64,000 nt of DNA from a virus. A program made the translations under genes and the position numbers. The first letter of the stretch is position 1. Every line of letters begins with the position of its first letter. The notes under the pieces were generated by a model. It was not told the DNA's origin. It made no database searches and worked only from the letters and a program-made list of their open reading frames with translations. The DNA lies in the IMG/VR virus record IMGVR_UViG_3300037483_000453, positions 120,902 to 184,901 of that record; one strand, given 5' to 3'. This document shows, piece after piece, positions 10,126-19,250 of this stretch.

Positions 10126-12270
10126 ATGTCGTCGCGTAAGAGTTTCAGTATTGCCCAGTCCCGAAAGGGTAGAAGGCCAATGTCAGTGGCGACCATGCTG
10201 AAAAAGGAGAAAGAGGGTACCCTCTACAAGCGCACCAAGCTTGGTGCTGACCTCGAGGCCGCACGAGATAAAACTGTTCACGCGCTCGAGGCCCTCAGAG
10301 AAGGGAACAAATACAGCAAGGCTTTGGAGGATGTCAAAGAGGTATCTTCTGCCGTGGGCCAGAAGTTGGGTTTGCCCGAGCACAGACCGTTCGACAAGTT
10401 CAAGGAGTGGGGCAAGGCCCTCCAGACCAAAACGGCTGGGAAGTATGGCAAGAACAGCGCCGGCTTCGACCTGCAGGGAAAGACAGAGGTACAGGGCCTC
10501 CCCATCGCTATTGAGAACCGGGTGGGTTCTGTACGCGAGGGAAAGAACGACGATGGTTCAAAGTGGAGAACCAAGTTCCGCGCGCCCTATGGCTATATCG
10601 AGGGTACCAAGGGTGCCGACGGTGACGAGATCGACGCGTACGTGGGCCCGGACAAAAGTGCACCCAAGGCGTTCGTGGTGCATCAAAAGAAGAGTAACGG
10701 CAGCCACGACGAGGACACGGTGATGCTGGGCTTCAGGTCCAAGGGCGACGCCAAGAAATGCATCCTCAAGCACTACGAAGACAAGAGCCAGGTTGGTTCT
10801 GTCGATGACATGTCTGTGGAAACGCTGCAGGCGCATCTTGCTCGAGCGGATGGTAAGAAGATCTCCAAACTGGCATTCATGGATGAGTCAAACAGGTTCC
10901 TCAGGAAAATGATCATTGGTGGGGTGGCGGGTGCCGCTGGGGGCCTAGGACATGAGCTCATCTTCCCAACTAGGGCCATCCCAGCAACACAGTGGTCACA
11001 GGCGCTCAACAACAAAGATCCCGACGCCATACTCGTGGGGGGTAAGGTACTGACGCCTAGTGATATTTCCGCTCGGCAACAGGCCTTTAGTAGGGTCTCT
11101 GCTACCGCAAAGAAGGGCAAACAGCTGACTGTCAGCAAAGCACAGCCCGGGGAACGCGTGGTTGCTTCTGGCAGGAACTACATTGTAGAGGTTCCCCGAC
11201 CACATAAAGATGTAGCTGGCCGCGTGGCACCACTAGTTCAGCACGTAGATCGTAGGGAGGGTTCTCCCGAGGAGCTGCTGAGTAAGCTACGGCTTGTTGC
11301 CGCCAAAGAAGTTGATGGTGTGCCTAAGCATGCTGCTCAGGTGGCTGCACTGCGTGGAGTGGGGCGTCGTCTGGCTAAGAAGCCCGTTAAAGATGAGGTG
11401 TATGAGAAGACGGCGGCAGCGCTGGAAAATACCCTACGGACGGCATTCCTGGACGAGCTCCAGAAGATATCCCAAGCTGGCGGGGCGCCTGCCTGGGATG
11501 AGGAGTTCGCCTCGGGTAGCCTGGTTGATGGTCTGATCAAAGAGGCGGTATTTCGCCAGATGGCCGGGAGCCTGAAGCGCCTAGCCGTAGGAGGTACCAC
11601 CCCCGCAGGAGTTCCTGTCAAAGGTGCTCTGTCTGGCCTTGTTGGCGCTGGTAAGCGCCTGGAGGCCGTGGGAGCAGGCATGAAGACCAGCCCGGCACAA
11701 CGTATCAGGGCAGCCGGCGCCGCACCTCAAGAGGCACGGCAGCTTGCGCAGCAGGCTCAGCAGTTTGGTGTTAGAGCACCTGGCACTGTGAAACGTGTTG
11801 CTGGGGAAGCTGTTCAGGGCGCTGGTGGCCATGTGACCCACGCAAGCCCCCTAAAGATGGCACTCAATCCACTGGGTACCGTGATTGGTGGGGGTATCGA
11901 GGGTGGAACTAAAGGGGTAGGCAAGGAGCTGGTGCGGTCCACGGGTTTGGCAGGCAGAGTGGGAGCCGGTGGCTTCCGTGGCTCTCTGGGCCGCGGTTTG
12001 CAGAAGGCAGCTCCGACAGCGGGCCTGTTAGGCGAGGTGGGTACCCTAGGCGCCATCGGTGGTATGGCTCATCTACCCCTGTCACACACCGGAGCAATCG
12101 GAGCTGGCTTGATAAAAGCATCGCCTGTCATTGGCAAGGGCTTAGCTACTCTAGGTCAAGTTGGGGGCCATATTGGTGCTGACGCGCTTGGTACCGCGGT
12201 ACAACGTTCAGCTGCACATGCTCCACGGCTTTTTAACAGGCTCGGAAATGCCGCGGGGTATTTGGGATGA
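10126..12270 (+). CDS. InPase (inorganic pyrophosphatase-like) domain protein with Gly/Ala-rich C-terminus
   Basis: GLPIAIENRVGSVR...W...PYGYIEGTKGADGDEIDAYVG...DEDTVMLGF matches the phage InPase domain pattern. Confidence 0.7.
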   Translation: MSSRKSFSIAQSRKGRRPMSVATMLKKEKEGTLYKRTKLGADLEAARDKTVHALEALREGNKYSKALEDVKEVSSAVGQKLGLPEHRPFDKFKEWGKALQTKTAGKYGKNSAGFDLQGKTEVQGLPIAIENRVGSVREGKNDDGSKWRTKFRAPYGYIEGTKGADGDEIDAYVGPDKSAPKAFVVHQKKSNGSHDEDTVMLGFRSKGDAKKCILKHYEDKSQVGSVDDMSVETLQAHLARADGKKISKLAFMDESNRFLRKMIIGGVAGAAGGLGHELIFPTRAIPATQWSQALNNKDPDAILVGGKVLTPSDISARQQAFSRVSATAKKGKQLTVSKAQPGERVVASGRNYIVEVPRPHKDVAGRVAPLVQHVDRREGSPEELLSKLRLVAAKEVDGVPKHAAQVAALRGVGRRLAKKPVKDEVYEKTAAALENTLRTAFLDELQKISQAGGAPAWDEEFASGSLVDGLIKEAVFRQMAGSLKRLAVGGTTPAGVPVKGALSGLVGAGKRLEAVGAGMKTSPAQRIRAAGAAPQEARQLAQQAQQFGVRAPGTVKRVAGEAVQGAGGHVTHASPLKMALNPLGTVIGGGIEGGTKGVGKELVRSTGLAGRVGAGGFRGSLGRGLQKAAPTAGLLGEVGTLGAIGGMAHLPLSHTGAIGAGLIKASPVIGKGLATLGQVGGHIGADALGTAVQRSAAHAPRLFNRLGNAAGYLG

Positions 12271-12731
12271 TCGATTTTGGGTACACCAAGTTGTCCATGG
12301 TGCAAGAGCTTGAAGCACTGTGTGCGATAACTGAGGGTCAGCTAGCGAAGCTGGCGGCCGAGGTCACCAAGGACGACGCTAAGAGGTCTTTGAAGCGCTT
12401 GAAGGGCCTGGACGCCAGTGCTCCTACATTGGGGGAACTCGGGCGCGGTGCTGCTGTGGGCTCCGTTGTTATGCCCCTATCCAGCTTAGCCTGGCGTGCG
12501 ATCGCTGGTCCAAAAGGGCGCGTGGCCGGTCCAAAGGGCCCAGGGCAGCTGTGGCCGGGCATGCGTCCAACAGCGGCTACTGCAGCTCAAGGAGCGGTGC
12601 TCGGAAGTTTCTTGCCGGCCGGGCGACACAAGCTCGAGCAGGAAGCTGAAAAGCAGAAGCTCAGGGAGTACGTTGGACATACTCGACGGGGAACCCTCCG
12701 AGGCAGGGTTAGAAAGTACACAGGGATCTAA
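12267..12731 (+). CDS. Gly/Ala-rich putative virion protein
   Basis: ATGA overlap; hydrophobic Gly/Ala segments. Confidence 0.55.
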   Translation: MIDFGYTKLSMVQELEALCAITEGQLAKLAAEVTKDDAKRSLKRLKGLDASAPTLGELGRGAAVGSVVMPLSSLAWRAIAGPKGRVAGPKGPGQLWPGMRPTAATAAQGAVLGSFLPAGRHKLEQEAEKQKLREYVGHTRRGTLRGRVRKYTGI

Positions 12732-13717
12732 TGCCAGCTGCAATCCATAACCGGGCCGAGCACCTGTTGGCCAAGAACCCAAAGATGGGCAAGTCGAAGG
12801 CATTTGCCATTGCTACCCAGCAGATGCATGCCATTGGCAAGACCCCCAAGGGATATGGCACGTCTAAGGGTAAGTCCGTAGCAAGGGCCAAGTACCCAAA
12901 CAAGAAGGGTTACGTGAAGACTCCCAACCCGGGCAACTTGGAGTCAACTAAGATGGCTGCTTTTGTAGCAGAAATACAGACCATGGGATTCTACCCCGGC
13001 AAAAAGAAAGAGGCTTACAGTGTCTCCGAGTACAGTGGCCCACTTAGCTATGGCAAGTTCAAGATGGAGAGCCAGATTCCCCCATACAGACACCCACCAG
13101 TGAAGACAGCTGGACCGCCCTCAAGTGGTAAGGAGAAACGTGCATTCATAGGCCTAACTGGTGTGGCAGCCGGCTTCTACCCTGGCAAGAACATCGCTGG
13201 TGAGACTGCTGCAGCGACGGCACCTGAAGGGCGGGTGACACGGTCAGAGAACATCGCTCGGAATCTAGCCATCGTTGGGGGCCCGTTGGGTGGACTTGCA
13301 GGATTGGCAGCAGCTAAGAAGTACAACCTTGCTGGTCATCTGGGTCGTGCTGTTGGTGGCCACTTGGGGTGGGAGGAAATGAAAGCTCTGCAACAGTACG
13401 GTGTACCTTTTGGTGCTGGCGCAATGGGTAGCATGGCCGGTGGCGCTGTGGTGGGAGGAGGCGTAGGCTTGGCCCAGAGATTACGTGGTCCTCTGCATTC
13501 AAAGAAGGAGGGTGGCAAAGAAAAGAAAGCGTACGACCCCTCCCCGTTGAAAGGGCCCGGCACCTTGGGCAATGTGGACATACCAGGGATGCGTAAGATG
13601 CAGACCCCGGCTCGTCAGCTGCAGGACTCCAAGAATGTGGCGTATTCGAAGCCGACCAAGCCTGATGCCAGCAAGGCGCTGAATATCAAGCTGCCTACCA
13701 TCGGCTCTGCCCTCTGA
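12731..13717 (+). CDS. Basic Gly-rich putative virion protein
   Basis: Coupled ORF; repeated K-x-A motifs; Gly zipper-like segments. Confidence 0.55.
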   Translation: MPAAIHNRAEHLLAKNPKMGKSKAFAIATQQMHAIGKTPKGYGTSKGKSVARAKYPNKKGYVKTPNPGNLESTKMAAFVAEIQTMGFYPGKKKEAYSVSEYSGPLSYGKFKMESQIPPYRHPPVKTAGPPSSGKEKRAFIGLTGVAAGFYPGKNIAGETAAATAPEGRVTRSENIARNLAIVGGPLGGLAGLAAAKKYNLAGHLGRAVGGHLGWEEMKALQQYGVPFGAGAMGSMAGGAVVGGGVGLAQRLRGPLHSKKEGGKEKKAYDPSPLKGPGTLGNVDIPGMRKMQTPARQLQDSKNVAYSKPTKPDASKALNIKLPTIGSAL

Positions 13718-14121
13718 TGGATCCACGGATTTTCAGTGCATTTGCAGATGAGATGGAGAAGCAAGCCTTGATTGAGAGGCTTGTTCGCTTGGGTGCCACT
13801 GACATCCCAAAGACCCCGCGGCTCTTCATGAAAAAGCGCAGTCCTGCTGAGCTACAGGCGCTGCAGGGATCAGTAACCCAACTGGGTCAGAAGCATGTGG
13901 CAGACCCAATTATGCGGGTAGCCGAGAGAGGGTTGCAGAAACTACCGGCAGGAAGGACACAGGATACTGCACGGTCAGTCGCCAAGACCGTGGCAAAGGA
14001 CCCTGTTGGCGCTGTGGCTACTATACCGATTCCAATACCAGGGGCACAACCTGCTTACTTCGCTGGTAAGAGGCTGCTCGAGCGTGGCATCGATAAGGCG
14101 TTCCCCATCAAGGGCAAGTAA
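13717..14121 (+). CDS. Putative virion protein with N-terminal AFADEMEKQA motif
   Basis: TGATG overlap; motif shared with neighbours. Confidence 0.6.
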   Translation: MDPRIFSAFADEMEKQALIERLVRLGATDIPKTPRLFMKKRSPAELQALQGSVTQLGQKHVADPIMRVAERGLQKLPAGRTQDTARSVAKTVAKDPVGAVATIPIPIPGAQPAYFAGKRLLERGIDKAFPIKGK

Positions 14122-14156
14122 CCTCCCCAACATGTGATAAGCATGTTGGAGGATAC

Positions 14157-14741
14157 ATGCCTGATGAAGCACCTTGCCCAGTGGTGGCATCGTTTGTACG
14201 CCACGCTCAGCATCGACTGAACTCAGACGCTATCTGCGCTCTGTATGGTGATGTCAGTGACGACCTAGACAAAGTATTCGAGTATTCGAAGACGCAGCCC
14301 AAAGATGAAGTCACACAGCGTCTGCGCGCCTTCTTCTGCCTGAATGAGCTTTTCGCTTGCCTTAGCGTCAGCCTTGGTGGTCACAGGCGTAGCATATCGC
14401 TTGATCGAGAAGGCATCAGTGGTCTCATTGAGTTTTGTTCCGAGGTACGTCGTGCTGAGGAAGTGAAACTTTACGTAATGGACCTGTCCAGGCGTAAGCG
14501 TGGTTTTGACCCCTTAATCAAAGTTGAGGGAGGCAATCGAGCAGATTTGGCACACATTATTGTGAATGCTGCAGAGTACATGCGCCCAAGGCTCCGTAAC
14601 AAACGAAGTATGGCTGGCATGGGTATGTACTTTGCCAAAGGCCTGGCTCGTGAAAAAGTGTCACTCGAAACTTTTGTTACGCAGGCAACTAGGTTAGCGA
14701 GTGTAACAAGTGAGGATAGAGGAGACGCAGTATGGGGCTGA
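14157..14741 (+). CDS. Hypothetical protein
   Basis: GGAGG RBS; GTGATAAGC motif variant at 14134-14142. Confidence 0.6.
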   Translation: MPDEAPCPVVASFVRHAQHRLNSDAICALYGDVSDDLDKVFEYSKTQPKDEVTQRLRAFFCLNELFACLSVSLGGHRRSISLDREGISGLIEFCSEVRRAEEVKLYVMDLSRRKRGFDPLIKVEGGNRADLAHIIVNAAEYMRPRLRNKRSMAGMGMYFAKGLAREKVSLETFVTQATRLASVTSEDRGDAVWG

Positions 14742-15202
14742 CAGAAGCAGGGAAAGCCGTTGGTATCCGGTTCTTTGTGAAGAGCTCATTGAAGGAGCGC
14801 TCTAGCACCTCCCAGGCACGATTTATGGGTACCGTAGAGATGATAGCCCATTTTGATCGGGAGGACTTATGGTACTCCGTCCTGAAGAGGCTCGATGGAA
14901 TACAGTTGTATAAGGGCGGAGATCTCCAAACTACGCTCATTGAGATTTTACAGGGCCAGGTAGACATACTCGAGAAGCAGGTGGCCGCACAAAGTACGGT
15001 GGACAGGGAGAGGGCTCAGGTGGCTGAACAATCTGCGTCTATAGCCGTGTCCGACTGTGTACGGGCTCAGCAGCATTCGGGGTTACTACAGGCTCAGTTA
15101 GACATGCGAACCCGAGAACGGGATACGGCCTTGGCGGAAAACAAGAGGTGGGTCAACTGGTACTGCCAGCATAAGTCAACTTGTCCCTTGGAGCCCGGCT
15201 GA
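14732..15202 (+). CDS. Hypothetical coiled-coil protein
   Basis: GGAG RBS; heptad-like C-terminal half. Confidence 0.55.
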   Translation: MGLTEAGKAVGIRFFVKSSLKERSSTSQARFMGTVEMIAHFDREDLWYSVLKRLDGIQLYKGGDLQTTLIEILQGQVDILEKQVAAQSTVDRERAQVAEQSASIAVSDCVRAQQHSGLLQAQLDMRTRERDTALAENKRWVNWYCQHKSTCPLEPG

Positions 15203-15210
15203 GGTACCAT

Positions 15211-15612
15211 GTGAGCATGGCACACCATGAAGACAGTCTTTTCGAGCTTCTACAGTCCAAGCGGGCTGAAGCAGTGGATACCAATGAGGACGACTCTACG
15301 GTGGGCACGACCCACCTGTATGAGGACGAGCCTGAACAGCCTAAGCCTCTACAAGAAGTAAATCACCAGAGTACCGGCGTATGGGAGGGCCATAAGAAAA
15401 CACGGCAGGGTGTCTTGGATACTGTGTTTGATGGGCGTTCAAAGGCTGACAGTGCAGACCAGAAGCTCATCGCTCAAAACTTCGCCCATGGCAAGAGTGG
15501 CGACTTCACATCGCACTCGGTGCATCTGCAGGGCAAGTCTGAGGAAAAGGTTTCTCATCCACGCACACCAACTTTGATGGCCCAGGTCTTGAAGGTGGCC
15601 GGCCGGCTGTAG
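15211..15612 (+). CDS. Hypothetical acidic protein
   Basis: GAGG upstream of GTG 15211/ATG 15217. Confidence 0.5.
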   Translation: MSMAHHEDSLFELLQSKRAEAVDTNEDDSTVGTTHLYEDEPEQPKPLQEVNHQSTGVWEGHKKTRQGVLDTVFDGRSKADSADQKLIAQNFAHGKSGDFTSHSVHLQGKSEEKVSHPRTPTLMAQVLKVAGRL

Positions 15613-15732
15613 CTACTTTAGAACTCTGAGGTGCTGCCATCGCAGTTCCAATGGAGGATGATACGCGGCAGGCCATGACCGCTGGAAGTACCGTAGTGGG
15701 GGCTAACTGAGAGTCCCGACCGAGGAGTCAGC

Positions 15733-16521
15733 ATGAGTGACAACCCCATCGATAGCTACCTCCGCGACAAGAAGAAAGTAGCCAGTGTACGCAACACTGC
15801 GGATATGGGTGCCTATGAAACATGGAGACAGGACCCCAATCAGAAGAATACTGGCACACTACTCAAGCGCTTCAACTCTGAGCTAGGTAAGCGTGTGAAT
15901 GTATGGAAAGCGCCTGGTGTAAATGAGGCTGCTTTCAGGGCGGACTTGAAGAAGAACGCCATCAATGCGTTTGAGACGTTTGATCCCAACAAAGGGACAC
16001 AGCTACGAACACATGTGAGTAACATGCTACGGCGTAGCCAACGGTTCAATGCCAAGTACCAGAACGTCGCTTTCATCCCCGAGGAGAAGCGAGCATTGAT
16101 CACACCAGTGAAGCAGGCCATTGATTTCCTGCATCAGGAGAGTGGTGTGAAGCCCTCCAATGCGCAGGTGGCCACCTACCTCAAGCAGAATGAGGACATG
16201 TTGCCCAAGCGTGTTCGAGGCAGGATGGACGCTAGACTGGTGGGCATCGTTCAGGATTACCAAATCAAAGACATCCCGGGTTCTGCCTTTGAGTCTGACC
16301 CTAGCCCCAAGGTTATGTCTTTCCATCGGGAGACATTGGACCTACTGCGACCAGCGTTGGTTGGCGACGAACAGGTTGTGTTTGACTATATGTTTGGCAA
16401 GAACGGAAAGCCAAAGATTGAAGGCACTGGTCGGATTGCTTCGGCTATGGGTAAGAGCCCCTCACAGATCTCACGCTTGAAGAAGCGAATCGAAGCTACG
16501 TACATCAAGTACGCGGGGTAG
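15733..16521 (+). CDS. Phage sigma-70-family RNA polymerase sigma factor
   Basis: Region 2-like FDPNKGTQLRTHV, region 3-like ESGVKPSNAQVATYL, region 4 HTH GRIASAMGKSPSQISRLKKRI; GAGGAG RBS. Confidence 0.8.
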   Translation: MSDNPIDSYLRDKKKVASVRNTADMGAYETWRQDPNQKNTGTLLKRFNSELGKRVNVWKAPGVNEAAFRADLKKNAINAFETFDPNKGTQLRTHVSNMLRRSQRFNAKYQNVAFIPEEKRALITPVKQAIDFLHQESGVKPSNAQVATYLKQNEDMLPKRVRGRMDARLVGIVQDYQIKDIPGSAFESDPSPKVMSFHRETLDLLRPALVGDEQVVFDYMFGKNGKPKIEGTGRIASAMGKSPSQISRLKKRIEATYIKYAG

Positions 16522-16544
16522 TCCCCTAGGTACAGGAGGCCACA

Positions 16545-17717
16545 ATGGTCGATATCCAGGATCTCACGGCACGAGAATCTGACGCCAGCATCGCTGCGCG
16601 TCACAGGCTAGCGCAGTGCATTAGTAAGAATGAGGAGGAGCAAAACAGGATCCTCCAAAGGGTAGTGAGCCACGTCATCGTGGATAGGCTAGTGCACCCT
16701 CTGTCCATGGAGTTTGTCTGGCCAAGCACCTGGTCTGAGATTGGTGTGCAGATCGATGCAGGTGGTGCCGTCGGTGTTGGAGAGCCCCAAGGTATCCACA
16801 GGCACGCACTTGGACAGATGGCTGATACCTCTGGTTTGACACGTACGTATCTGAACAGGTTGCGTGAGAGTGGCAAGGAGTGGATGCACGACCTGTTGGT
16901 TTACAACCTGGGTGAGCTGTTTGGCCGAGGAGATTTTGTAGATCGCAAAGGGAACCCCAAACGGTTTTTGGTTCGCACTGCAAACAACCAAATCAGAGGG
17001 TTCTTGTCCCAGAACTACAACCGCAAGCTGACGACCGCACCGCTGCTTCGGGCATTCATAGAGAAATGTCGTGAACTTGGTGCGGGGCCCATAGAGACCA
17101 CAGCAACCGATGTTCGTGTGCGTGTGAAATATGCGCTGCCCTACGTTTTCGAGCCCGTGGGTGGCGAGTTTGTGGCGTTCGGTGTTGCCTTTGGTAACTC
17201 GGATTACGGTGCGGGCCGACTGTCAGTGTCAGGGTCAATCCAAAGGATTAGCTCGGGTACCACGACAGTACTGAGTGACAAGTATAGCCGTACACACCTG
17301 GGCTCAGTGATCCAAGACAGTGACATTGAGATGAGCCCAGAGACTGCGGACAAGGAGCTCGATGCAGTGAAGAGCGCTATACGTGACGCAGTAGTTGCTC
17401 TGCTTGGTAAGAAAGCCATCGAGAGCAACCTTAGGGCTATCCAGGTAGCGCACCAGAAGGAGATCCCTTGGTACCGCCTGAAGACCAAGCTTGGCACTGT
17501 ACTTGGCAAAGATGACATTGATATGTTGGATCATATCGTCCATGGAGGTGCGGCAGTGATTGACCTTCCGAGGATTGACCTGGCATCGTCCGATGATGGT
17601 GACTCACCCACTGCGTGGTGGGCAGCGAATGCCGTTGGCATGTTCGCCGACAAAGAAAACGACCCGGACAGGAAATCTGCACTGCAGAACATGGCCGGCC
17701 AACTCATGACGGGCTGA
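16545..17717 (+). CDS. DUF932-like phage protein
   Basis: HALGQMAD...RFLVR...IRGFLSQNY...FGNSDYGAGRLSV pattern; AGGAGG RBS. Confidence 0.55.
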   Translation: MVDIQDLTARESDASIAARHRLAQCISKNEEEQNRILQRVVSHVIVDRLVHPLSMEFVWPSTWSEIGVQIDAGGAVGVGEPQGIHRHALGQMADTSGLTRTYLNRLRESGKEWMHDLLVYNLGELFGRGDFVDRKGNPKRFLVRTANNQIRGFLSQNYNRKLTTAPLLRAFIEKCRELGAGPIETTATDVRVRVKYALPYVFEPVGGEFVAFGVAFGNSDYGAGRLSVSGSIQRISSGTTTVLSDKYSRTHLGSVIQDSDIEMSPETADKELDAVKSAIRDAVVALLGKKAIESNLRAIQVAHQKEIPWYRLKTKLGTVLGKDDIDMLDHIVHGGAAVIDLPRIDLASSDDGDSPTAWWAANAVGMFADKENDPDRKSALQNMAGQLMTG

Positions 17718-17911
17718 TGTTTCATTTTCACTACTGTGGCAACCCAGCACACGATGTTGTTCACAACACATTTGTTCTTCTCACCCTGATGCCAGAATGG
17801 CTGCCGGGTATCATGGCCGCCAAAGACGACCTCAAGCGTCGCCTGCTGAAGGTACAGCACACTGAAGAAGGGTGCTCAGACATACTGTGTGACCACACAG
17901 AAGAAGGCTAG
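17717..17911 (+). CDS. Small His/Cys-containing hypothetical protein
   Basis: TGATG overlap with the upstream gene. Confidence 0.45.
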   Translation: MFHFHYCGNPAHDVVHNTFVLLTLMPEWLPGIMAAKDDLKRRLLKVQHTEEGCSDILCDHTEEG

Positions 17912-17923
17912 CGGTAGCCTGGG

Positions 17924-17953
17924 GGTGGCGCGTGTGCGCTATCTCTTAGCCTC
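17924..17953 (+). terminator. Hairpin plus TTAGCCTC tail
   Basis: GGTGGCGC-GTGT-GCGCTATC then TCTTAGCCTC. Confidence 0.4.
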
Positions 17954-17980
17954 CAGGTTGAGGTATGCACAGGAAGCCCT

Positions 17981-18664
17981 ATGAAGGAAGATAAACAGCG
18001 CGTAGAGAATCTACTACGCTCTCGCAGCCGGTGGGTTATTGGCATCGACGAGGTAGGTATGGGGGCCCTTGCAGGGCCCATTGCCGTGGGCGCGGTGGTA
18101 ACCGAGGTGGGGTGGAGTCACGGCCTTGTGAAAGACTCTAAGAAGTATGTGGATAGTAAGACGTTCAAAGCCCATGAAAAGCGAGTGAAGGTTTTGGACG
18201 GCATAATCAAACCCCAAGTGCTGTTTTCCTCCCTCTCCCTGGTGGAGTCTCAGTTGATTGATAGCCTCGGGATCCAAGATGCGTGGCATCAGTGCTTGTG
18301 GCAGGTGGCAAAAAAGTGTCTCGAGCGTTACCCGGACGCTGTCGTGGTGGTAGATGGAAATACCTGCGGCTCTGTTCCCACAACTAACGCCGTGGCCATA
18401 CCCAGAGGTGATTGCCTGGTCCCTGCAGTTAGCGCGGCCAGCGTAATGGCTAAGGTGAGTCGAGACCGAGTTATGGAAATGCTGGGGAGGGCCTACCCAG
18501 AGTATGCATTCGAACAGAACAAGGGCTATGGAACGAGGCGACACATGGTAGCCTTAGCGGTACACGGGCCGTGCCCCGTCCATCGCAGGTCCTACGACCC
18601 CGTAAGAAGGGCAGAAGTTGCATGGCAGAACAAACAACAACACAAGAGCGCAACGCTCGGTTAG
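17981..18664 (+). CDS. rnhB: Ribonuclease HII
   Basis: GIDEVGMGALAGP, KDSKK, VVVDGN, VSAASVMAKVSRD, NKGYGT, GPCPVHRRSY. Confidence 0.93.
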   Translation: MKEDKQRVENLLRSRSRWVIGIDEVGMGALAGPIAVGAVVTEVGWSHGLVKDSKKYVDSKTFKAHEKRVKVLDGIIKPQVLFSSLSLVESQLIDSLGIQDAWHQCLWQVAKKCLERYPDAVVVVDGNTCGSVPTTNAVAIPRGDCLVPAVSAASVMAKVSRDRVMEMLGRAYPEYAFEQNKGYGTRRHMVALAVHGPCPVHRRSYDPVRRAEVAWQNKQQHKSATLG

Positions 18665-18849
18665 ACGCGTTGCTTACTGCCACAGAAGAGTGGGCAGCAC
18701 GGCACACGCAGACCTTGAAAGACCAGGTCGCATTGAGTAAGAGGGTCCTAAAAGGCCGAACGGGCTCTGAGCGCTTAGCACAAGCATCAGTACAGTCGGT
18801 CAGTGACCTTGCTGTCAGCCAAATCAACGACTTTCTAACAGGTGAGTGA
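18622..18849 (+). CDS. Hypothetical helical protein
   Basis: ATG 18622, MAEQTTTQERNARL; overlaps the rnhB 3' end. Confidence 0.5.
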   Translation: MAEQTTTQERNARLDALLTATEEWAARHTQTLKDQVALSKRVLKGRTGSERLAQASVQSVSDLAVSQINDFLTGE

Positions 18850-18850
18850 C

Positions 18851-19249
18851 ATGAGTGAGCCAGATGACAACTACAAGAAGCTCAGGAGCAAAGAGGGCTT
18901 TGAAGAGATAACCGAAGACAGCAAGCAGCGTGATTTCCTGGAGGAGCCCATACAAGTTGAAGAGGTCGATCGTCTCAAAGCCGAGAATCTCAACCTCAAG
19001 CTCCTAGCTTGTGTGAACCGGGAGACCATCTTGCAGCAGCAGCTCAACGAGCTTGGTAAGGAACGCCAGCTGTATAACGAGCACATGCAGGCCATGCAGG
19101 CCACAATCGAAGAGAAGTACGGCATCAACCTGCGCACGCACCATATACTGCCTGATAGCGGCATGGTGGTATCTCGCATCCCAGCGTCGGCCATGGGTTC
19201 TCAGAGTTGGGTCCCGCTCAAACGGCACGAACAACAGAACAAGGAGTAG
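18851..19249 (+). CDS. Hypothetical coiled-coil protein
   Basis: Heptad-rich ORF in operon. Confidence 0.55.
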   Translation: MSEPDDNYKKLRSKEGFEEITEDSKQRDFLEEPIQVEEVDRLKAENLNLKLLACVNRETILQQQLNELGKERQLYNEHMQAMQATIEEKYGINLRTHHILPDSGMVVSRIPASAMGSQSWVPLKRHEQQNKE

Positions 19250-19250
19250 C

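Noticed and set aside
15613-15732. TPP-riboswitch-like GGGG...CTGAGA before the sigma factor
   Set aside because: The downstream ACCTGA and remaining TPP core are absent.
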